Of a stretch of 64,000 nucleotides of DNA, positions 50,801-60,000 are shown one piece after another. The DNA is from Azolla caroliniana (taxonomy: Eukaryota; Plantae; Polypodiophyta). A program made the position numbers and the translations under genes. Position 1 is the stretch's first letter, and each line of letters opens with the position of its first letter. The stretch is from NCBI GenBank assembly GCA_043228905.1, contig JBHGNT010000018.1, positions 3,596,001-3,660,000 on the forward strand, written 5' to 3'. The notes under the pieces are model-generated. The model searched no databases and was not told the origin of the DNA. It saw only the letters and a program-made list of their open reading frames with translations.

Positions 50801-52322
50801 GAGGGATCAATGGAGGGGAGATGGGCCTGAACATGTTGAGAGTATATGTCAGAGAGCTCATGTGTGAAATGTATTGTGGTGTGATGGCATGGTTGACTAG
50901 ACTTTGTGACCTTAGAGATATCACATTTTAGCTCGAAGTATAAGAAGCTATGGTCTGTGCCAATAGGGCATGGGGCCACTCGGAAGGAGTTAATCATGTG
51001 GGTAGTTGCCAGGCGCCCTATTAGATAGTCAACTGTGCTTTCCCCTCCTCCATGTGGGAAACATGTGAGCTCTTTCGAGCCCGGCCACTTAGCTAAACCA
51101 TTATATATGACCATCTGGTGCCGACTGCCAAGTTCGAGCAGATGATGGCCAAAGCTTGTGGCGTCCGCTCCTTGATCCTTTGATCTACGTGTGGGGCCTA
51201 TGTCTAAAGGATCAACATTTACCATTTCTAGGTTTCTATTCATCTGAAATACTGTGCATTGTCGGGATTGGGTTCTCGCATTGAAGTCTCCTACAAGAAA
51301 TACTTCTCCTTGGGAAGAATATCGGATTATGTCATCCGATAGGGGTTCGTATGGAGAAGGCCCATGTGGCATTCCTTCATCGACTAATCTCGTCAAGCCA
51401 CTAATATTATAACGGGATCCTTTTGGGGGAAAGTAACAAATGGCGAAAAATGCTGCATGGTCTTTGCTTGTGGAGACTTTCACCCACATAAAACGAGCTT
51501 CTGGGTCTATCTTCATTATTTCTATCCTATTATGTAGCTCTCTACGAAATAGTATCGCGACACCTCCAGATCCCCTAGCAGTGTGTCGACGTGAGGTTTG
51601 TCTAAAAACGGACTCCCAACGGAATCCTTCGACCCGTGGGAGTCCTCTATTTGGGCTCTGATGTGTTTCTACCAAGAAAAGTATATCAGATACCTTTAGT
51701 ATCTCCTCTAGGCGGCCGGGGTGTGCCCAGAGTGCGCCATTACAATTCCATAGGGTCATCCTAAGTGCATTTTCTGTCACATGGGCCACATGTCGTCAGT
51801 TAGTAGTGCGATCATTTATGATCACTCGCCCGTCTCGATAAAAGGCGTGATGGCCTTCTTTACGAGCTTGCATAACTCGTGGCATACAACTCTTGCGATG
51901 CTCAATTTGCATCTTAGTGAGGTCTTCATCGAGATAGATGGGGTCCCCATCCATTCCTCGAAGGATTGGTCTCTTCTTAAAGAAAGTGATTCTAGAGTCT
52001 AAGTCTTTAAATTGAAGGACTAAGGCTCTCTTCCTAGTTGTGTCACGCCCGGCCCTCCATGCTTTGGTGATAGGTAGGGCCTCTGTGTACCCTAACATTT
52101 TCCCAAGTGTTTGTGCGTCCTCATTTGGGGATGCACCTTCCTTGAGCCCAGTGACACGTATATTTAAGCGTCAGGCCTGACGCATTTTCTCTTCTTCAAG
52201 GGTGGTGTTAACAATATTTTCATCTTTTATTTCTTTTTTAATGTTTCTTTTAACCACATCTACCCAACCCGTTTTAGCTAACTCTATGTTATTATTAACT
52301 TCCTCTTTAACTTTTTTAATTT
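47812..52322 (-). mobile_element. RTEX-type non-LTR retrotransposon. ORF1 (52322-51796) is cut by the chromovirus; ORF2 ~51789-48058 has three nonsense codons near 49360-49130; (CTTT)n/(CT)n tail
   Basis: APE (WNCNG, VETH, GDFNAR, VDY, TDH), RT (DFRKAFD, GVKQGCPLSPTLF, YADD), C-terminal HQLEIENGR..PREERICRLC..EDEYHF.CKCP.Y..IR, ORF1 RLNIRVTGL..IYLDEDLT, and a tandem-repeat tail instead of poly(A). Confidence 0.85.
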
Positions 52323-52453
52323 CGTGATAACAAATGATATATTATGTGAAGAGTAAGTACAAAAGGGCTATGAGGCTTAAGACTGGCGTTGAACCAATTT
52401 GGTTCAAAATAATGCCTAGTGCCTTCTTTTATAGTGTTTTTAGGAGTAATCCT

Positions 52454-52476
52454 GAAGCTTCTAGAATGTTCTAGAG
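52454..52476. promoter_or_regulatory. Four-unit perfect heat-shock element in the chromovirus LTR
   Basis: GAAgcTTCtaGAAtgTTCtaGAG. Confidence 0.65.
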
Positions 52477-52544
52477 AAATCTGGAATATACATTAATTTC
52501 CTATAATAAAACTTAAATGAAAATAATATTCTATGTATTATAAT

Positions 52545-52608
52545 GGATGGTATAATGGTCAAGAGCTCGACCCATATAACATAAGGTCATAGGTTCGAGT
52601 TTTGCCAT
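52545..52608 (+). other. tRNA-like relic (A and B boxes) in the chromovirus LTR
   Basis: A-box TGGTATAATGG (52548-52558) and B-box-like GGTTCGAGTTT (from 52592), 33 nt apart. Confidence 0.45.
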
Positions 52609-53550
52609 ATCATGACACTATCCCCCCCTTAAGACAATGAGTGTAACGAGTCAGCGCTGATTGCGGACCGGGTTTGTCCGGATACTTTCGGTGGAAATCA
52701 GCAAGAAGATCCTGAGCATTGGCGACATGCTCGACGGGTTCCCAAGTACGTTCGCTCAGACTATAGCCGAGCCAATCAACCAAATAATAAAGTCTGTTGC
52801 GAACAAGTTTGGAATCGAGGACGACAACAACTTCATACTCTAGGCCAACGTCCAACTCAAGCAGGGGCGGCGGTGGTGTAACACGATCGGGAATAGTGTT
52901 TGCTTTATAAGGTTCAAGAAGAGAACTATGGAAAACCGGATGTATCTGAAGATGCGGAGGGAGATCAAGGCGGAACGTGACATCATTAACCTTACCAGTA
53001 ATACGGTGTCGTGAAGATTTCCGGCTACGGTGTGAAACCGGGGTTGAATGGGCAAGTCAGTGGTGTGCAACATGTGCACATGTATACTAGGAAATGGTGT
53101 ATAGAAATAAGAGGGGTAATTTCATCCCACATTGTAAGGTCCCTCCCTCCTTAGGCTATAAAACGAAGGGAGGGGTCACTTATGAAGGGGTTGCCTATTT
53201 TGAGGGAGAGAGGCTTACCACTTAGGTCGAGGGTTTCCTATTCGGTTTTAGGGTTTCAGTTAGGGTTTTCTTCTTGGGTTTCCTTTAGGGTTTTACTATA
53301 CTTCGCTACTTGCTTATTCTTCTAGGGTTTTCTCATAGTCGTTTGGTGCGTTGTAAAGTGTTTATGTTTCCTTAAACTAACTTGTTGAGTATCTTGCCTC
53401 CGTCTATTCTATGTTATTGTCTTATTCTTTCTCATCTCCTCTTGAGCTAAGCTTCCATTTTGTGTCTTATTCTTTCTCCTCTACTCCCTAGTCCGAGATC
53501 CCCGTGGTCCCGCCCCTTCTACACGCACGCGCGTAACAACACGACATCTT

Positions 53551-53568
53551 TGGTGAACCCGACGTGAA
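53551..53568 (+). promoter_or_regulatory. Primer-binding site complementary to plant tRNA-Trp
   Basis: TGGTGAACCCGACGTGAA is the reverse complement of the plant tRNA-Trp 3' end (..TTCACGTCGGGTTCACCA, from memory). A 4-nt spacer follows the LTR. Confidence 0.8.
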
Positions 53569-55730
53569 AGGGTGGCAAGGGAGAACCAAGATGCAAGGAG
53601 GAGAACTCGCTGAAGCGATGGCGGCGGCGGTGGATCGTTTGGTAAATGCCCGAGAAGGCATCACCGGCCTAGACCGGGCCATAGAGACGGTGGTTAGCAC
53701 AACAAAGCGGTTCAATGGAAGAGATATCACGAGCTACTTGGATGCCTATAAGGCCGAAATGCTTATGCGAAACATCCCTGAAGATAGGCGGCTAACCGGA
53801 TTCACTAGAGTGGTAACGCCGAGTATCCACGCGGAGGTACTCGAGATCCAAGCGGACTGTTGCAATTGGGTGGAGTTCGAAGAAAGACTCCTCGAGAAGT
53901 ACGGCCTTGATGACTCACTCAGAATTTTGAAAAGGGATCTAATGGAGTGGGTTGAGCTTCTCGGCAAGGGGAGAAATACTATGGTACTTTTACAAGAATT
54001 TGAGAAGTGCTTCGCGCGACTCTCGACGCTCGATAGGATGGTGCTTGACACAAGCAAGGTCCTACTATTCATAAAGACTGTTGATGCACGAGACCGAGAG
54101 AAGGTGGGGTCCCTCCTCGAAACTGATGATGGGCTCACGACAGATTGGGCTATGGTAAAACGGGTTTGTAGCCTCTTCGATAAGAGAAGGGAATGGAATG
54201 ACGAGTCTCCGTTGAGCGGCCAAACACCCACAGGCTCCATTAGTGAGACACACGAACCCATGGGTGGTAGAATACCTCAAGAAAGAGAGCAAGCAAATGC
54301 AAGGTTCATCCCTGAGAGAAACGTGGTTGAAGCATCGTCGGGAGGGTCGGCAATAGACGAGCTCACAAAGATGGTGCGAGATCTCCAAATAGCGCAAGCT
54401 AGGAGAGAGAGTGGCGGCCCTCAAGATCGACATCCCCTGTTCGCGCAAAGATGTATGTGGTGTGACAACCCCGACCACCTACAAAGGGAGTGTGGAGACT
54501 TTCAAGAGGCCCTAAGAAAGGATATTTTCTATCTTTGGAACAATAGGGTCTATTCGACGGAGACAAGGCGCCCCTTGGGATTGAATCAAGGCTGAGGGGG
54601 CATGAGAAGGCTAATGGAGGAGGCCGAAGCACGACGTGTTGAAGCCGTCCACTACTCGGCGTCGGCTGGGATCCAAGTGGGGAAAGAGGTGAGGAGGCAA
54701 GAGGAGAAAGAGTTTGACTTTTGGCTGTCAATCCTTGGAAGCCTCTCTAAGGGGAAGGTCAAAAGAGAAGAAGTGGATGAAGCGGAAAGAAGGGTCCAAG
54801 AAGCAACCGGGTGGAAGGATCCGGTGGAAGAAAAGACAGGCTTAGTGGAAGCCGCTTGCCAAAACTACGAAGTAATGGTAGAAGAGAAGAAGGTAGGAAA
54901 TGACGAGGGAGCCGGTCCATCAAGGAAATACGACGCTCGAGGTGCACGAAGAAGGGAAGAGCCGAACCAATCTCAAGCACGCAACGAAAGATGGAAAGAG
55001 AAGGGGAACCCCCCCAACTTCAAGCTTTGCTCGGAGATCGAACAAGCAACGGACTTGAAGAAGGTAGTTGAGGAGAGGATCCTCGATAGTCGCGTAGAGT
55101 TTACTCTGCGAGAGGTCCTCGGAATTGCCAAGAAAGAATTCCACGAGGTCATCATCGACCTAATGAAGAGGAATCGGCTCTCAACGGAGCAAGAAGTGGC
55201 AAAACCCGCGATGGTAAATGCATTGTCAACTGAGGTCCCCGAGGAAGACAAAGACTATGCGGACAGTCACTACACGAGGCCGCATTGGGCGAGAGCGACA
55301 ACGGAGACACATGTACGAGTTGGAGATGTAAAGGAGTCGGTGGTAGCATTGATCGACCATGGCTCTGACATCAACCTTATGTCCATGGACTTTTATAAAA
55401 AGGGAAAGTGGCCGATCAACACGAAGCACGGGTGGAAGATTAGAGCGGCGACCCGAGCAATTGAGGAGCTATACGGGGCTTGCCCGAATGTACGTGTGAA
55501 GGTGGGGGACGTAGAAATAGATCAACATTTCTTTGTTCAAGAGACGTCCTCGCACCGGTCATCTTGGGTGAACCATACATCATGGCGGCTTGCATGGAGA
55601 CAAAGGTTCTAGACAACGGGTTGGCATATGGAAGGGTCAAGAGTCAAGATGGGAAGCATTCGGTCCAATTCCTTATAGTGAGGCCCAACCATGAGCGCAA
55701 TCGAGCCTCCCTCAAAGGGGATAGTCGAGA

Positions 55731-55776
55731 GGATTTTTGATTCGGGCTATTAAAGAGTGGGGCCGCAATAGCCTGA
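55731..55776 (+). promoter_or_regulatory. Candidate programmed -1 ribosomal frameshift signal between gag-protease and RT
   Basis: G GAT TTT TGA ends the gag-pro frame and the -1 frame is open from 55725. A downstream stem forms from TCGGGCTATT (55742-55751) and AATAGCCTGA (55767-55776). Confidence 0.65.
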
Positions 55777-57025
55777 GGCAAACTAAGACCCTAAACCCTT
55801 GTAAAACTATTAAATGTAATAGGAAACAATTTTGGTTCTCTGAAAATGGAGCTTGTAAAATTACTAGTTTAAGTGATAGAGATAAGTCTAGGGCCAAGAG
55901 ATACAAAAGGTATCTCAAACAATGTAATTTATTGGGGGAAGATGACACCATAAGCGGCGCCATGGAGGCGGTCTCATTCGACGACACTCTCAAAGAGATG
56001 GAGAGGGTAGTCGTTTTGGGCCTCAATGAAGACAAGGTAATTCTAGTCAACTCAGTTGACATGTACACCGCCATCGAAGAGCTTGGGCGGTTGATTGAGG
56101 ACGCGAGGACGGTCAAGGTGCAAACAAAGTACAAGACCGTGGACAAGAAGGTGAAGCATGTGGCTGCTCCATTGCCTATTGATAGTTGGGATCAGATAAA
56201 GGGGGTAGCGGTTGATCCTAGCTTGTGGGACCCACGAGGCATAGGGCACCGGTTCACCGACGAGACGCGACAGAAGCTCCAGGTTGGTGGGGGTGGCTTC
56301 CTATTGCCTAGGGAGGAGGAAAGATTTAGAAGGATGATTGAAAGCCACGGAAGGGCTTTCTCGGGTGAGATACGGTGTGTAAACCCTAAGATCGTGGAGC
56401 CAATGGTGATCTTTACGGTGCCGCATGTACCGTGGAACATCAAGCCAATCCCCGTTCCGAGAGCTCACATCCCGAAGTTGATTGAGCTACTCAAGGAAAA
56501 GATCGAGATGGGTATCCTCAAGCCATCAAGTGCCCCATACTCGAATCGGTGGTTCACTGTGCCAAAGAAGAACGACACATTACGCTTCATCCAGGACCTA
56601 CAACCTGTTAATCAAGTGACAAATCGAAATGTCGGGGTTGGACCGAGCGTTGACGAATTCGCCGAGGCCTTCGCTAGAAGGTCTATTTATTCGATCGGTG
56701 ATCTATACTCGAGGTATGATCAATTCCAACTAGCTGTTGAGAGTAGGGACATCACGACGATGCGGACCCCTATCGGCCTAGTGCGAATGTGTACCTTGCC
56801 ACAAGGAGGCACTAACTCAGTAGCCCACATGGTAAATGCAATGAACAAGGTACTGAGAGATTGCATCCCCGACAACACCATGCCGTTCCTCGATGACATC
56901 CCCATAAAAGGGTGCTCTGAAGCGGAGAAAGATGAAACCTTGGACGAGGATGGGTGCAGACGTTTTGTGGCATATCACATCTCCGATTGCGAGAAGGTTC
57001 TACAAAGACTCGAAGATGCACGCTT

Positions 57026-60000
57026 TGTTGGGATTACGGTCCCTCCGGATGGGATGGTCGGATGTCCGGGAATCGGGAATGAAGACCCGGTTCCGGAGCC
57101 GGATGATGAAGACCCGGTTCCGGATCCGAATGATGAAGACCCCGGCTACGGAGCCGGATGATGAAGACCCCGGCTACGGAGCCGGATGACGAATGAACCC
57201 GGAGAGAGATCCGGATGCGGGGACATATTTGTGAATATGTTTGCCAAGGGCCCTTGAGGCTATATTTGTAAATAGCCCGAAAGTCATATTGTGTATAAAT
57301 ATGACTTAGGGCAAACAGTTGTAAGTTGTTGCTGTAAGTTGTTGCTTATTGTGTATTGCCACTCTTATGTGTGCAAGAGAGTGAAGAGAGCAGCCGAGAA
57401 AGAGAGTGAAGAGAGCAGCCAAGAGAGAGAGACGAAGAGGTCGTTGCCTCTGTGTATTACCGCCACCTGTGGCGAAGACAGTGAGCTCAAGGTTGTTGCC
57501 TTGTAGCTTCACCATTGTACATCTCTGTTCATAGTGATAGTTGGAGTTTGAGGACTCCCGTGGTTTTTTCCCATTTAGGGTTTTCCACGCAAAACATCGT
57601 GTGCATTCTTCTCTCTATTGTCTTCGTGCATTGTGTATTTCCTGTTTTCTGTGAGTTGATCCTATTCCTCGGTTGTGGCCGAGCACTGTGTTTAACAAAG
57701 TGGTATCAGAGCGACGGTGACACAAAAAATGGAAGGCGGCGGTAGTGGGCCTCCGGGCATGATGGTGTTGAACTCACAGAACTACGCCGACTGGAAGATA
57801 AAGATGGAAGACCTTCTCATCGTCCGAGACCTGTATGAACCGATCGACAATGCCGAGATACCCAAGGGGGTAATAGAGTCGGAGTGGAAGCTCCTGAACC
57901 GGAAAGCCGTAGCGACGATCTGGCAATATGTCGATGTAAGTGTTCTGCAACATGTGGCGAACGATACGAATGCCTATGAGATGTGGCAGAAGCTGTCCGG
58001 ACTGTATGAGAGGAAGAATGCTCTGACCCGGACCTCCCTGATGAGGAAGATAGTGAATCTTAAGTACCGGGACGGCGAGAGCATGGTCGAACACGTCAGC
58101 ACGTTCATGGGATTCGTGAACCAGCTTGCGGCGATCAAGTTCCCGTTGGATGACGCAATGCAAGCCATCATGCTGATGTGTACCCTTCCGGAGAGCTGGG
58201 AGAACTTGGTAGTTACTCTCAGCACCTCCTGTAAGGAAGAGAACTTGTCTTTACTAACGGTAAAGACAAGTATTCTAAATGAAGAAGCGCGTCAGAGAGA
58301 TAAAGAACCGGCCTCCGACTCGAAGGCGCTGCTTACCGAATCGGAACGGGGAAGACAACGGAACCGGAGTCCGCAAAGACGGGAGAAGTCGGGGACACGG
58401 TCGCAGTCGAGGGGAAGACCTACATGCTTCTACTGTGGGAAGCCGGGGCACTTCCAGAAGAACTGTCGGCATTTCCGGAAAGACAACGGAACCGACGGTA
58501 CCGATTCGAAGAAGTCACTGGAGCGAAACGGTGCATACCGGGGAGCCACGGACCGGAGAGGTCCGGATCGGCGAGGGCAGGACCGGAAAGGAACGACGGC
58601 ACTCGCGGCAAGTGAAGAAGAGATAATGCTCATTACCGAAGAGAGGGAGCTGAACCTTGCCGGTGAAGAGATGACCTGGGTGGTCGATTCCGGAGCGTCG
58701 TTCCACCTGACCCCAGAGAAGAAATACTTCTCATCCTACACAGCCGGTGAGCACGGCTGTGTCCGGATGGGAAATGAAGGTACATGCCGGATTGCCGGCA
58801 TAGGAGACGTGTGGCTGATGACATCAACCGGATGCAAGATGCTGCTGAAGGATGTCCGACACGTTCCGGAGGTTCGATTGAACCTGATTTCGGCCGGGAG
58901 GCTAGACGATGAAGGCTACACGGGTAGCATCCGGAACGGTGTCATGAAGTTCAGCAAAGGGAGCCTGATAGTGGCTCGGGCCCGGAAGGTCAACACACTG
59001 TACCTGATGAATTCCCGGCTATGTCCTGAGGAGCTGAACGTGGCAGCTGACACTGCCGGTGAGCTGTGGCACAAGAGACTGGGCCACATGAGCGAGAAGG
59101 GGATGAAGAGGCTTGCCGATGACAACCTGATACCGGTAAAGCACGTACACCTGGGGAAGTGTACCGACTGTCTGGCCGGTAAGCAAAACCGGACCTCCTT
59201 CCGCTCAAGGCCACCGACGAGACGTAGCGCACCATTGGAGTTGGTGCACACTGACGTGTGTCAAGTAGAAACGAAGTCACATGGCGGAGCCCAGTACTTC
59301 GTGACATTCATTGATGACCACAGCCGGAAGCTGTGGACGGCACCGTTGAAGACAAAGGACCAAGTGTTGTGCGTCTTCAAAGAACTCCACGCGAGAGTGG
59401 AAAGGGAATCCGGCAAGAAGCTGAAAGCGATACGAGCGGATAACGGAGGGGAATACCGGGGGCAGTTCGCGGAGTACTGTCGCTCGAAGGGAATCCGGCT
59501 CGAGTTTACTGTGCCGAAGACGCCGGAACTGAACGGGCTGGCCGAGAGGATGAACCGGACCATAATGGAGAGGGTCCGGAGTATGCTGGCGCATGCGAAA
59601 TTACCTAAGGGGTTTTGGGCTGAGGCAATGTCGACGGCGACATACGTGATAAATAGATCACCCTCAGTACCTTTGGACGGAGACACGCCGCAGAGAGTGT
59701 GGACCGGTAGGGAAGTATCCTACCGGCATCTGAAGGTGTTCGGGTGTCTCGCATACGTGCATGTGGCAAAGGACCGGAGAGGAAAGCTAGATCCAAAGAC
59801 CCGGCCATGCATATTCCTCGGTTACGGCGATGACGAGTTCGGCTACCGAGTATGGGACCCGGTCGACAAAAAGATATTTCGGAGTCGTGATATCATCTTC
59901 ATGGAGGACAAGACACTCGCCGACTGGGAGTCGGAGAAGAAGATGAAAAGCTCCAAGTCGACCGGTGAGGATCAACTCTACGAGGAGCAGTCCCGACCGG

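Larger units (their letters stand above)
52323..53006 (-). mobile_element. 3' end of a Tcn1-type chromovirus: integrase GPY/F region, chromodomain, PPT and 3' LTR (52617-~52323)
   Basis: RITGKVNDVTFRLDLPPHLQIHPVFHSSLLEPY..EYEVVVVLDSKLVRNRLYYLVDWLGYSLSERTWEP..FHRKYPDKP. PPT AAGGGGGGGATAG is followed by TGTCATGA. Confidence 0.88.

Noticed and set aside
57060-57200. Regularly spaced 27-bp repeats resembling a CRISPR array or coding repeat
   Set aside because: They are head-to-tail LTR U3 repeats without unique spacers, in a eukaryotic context with no cas genes.
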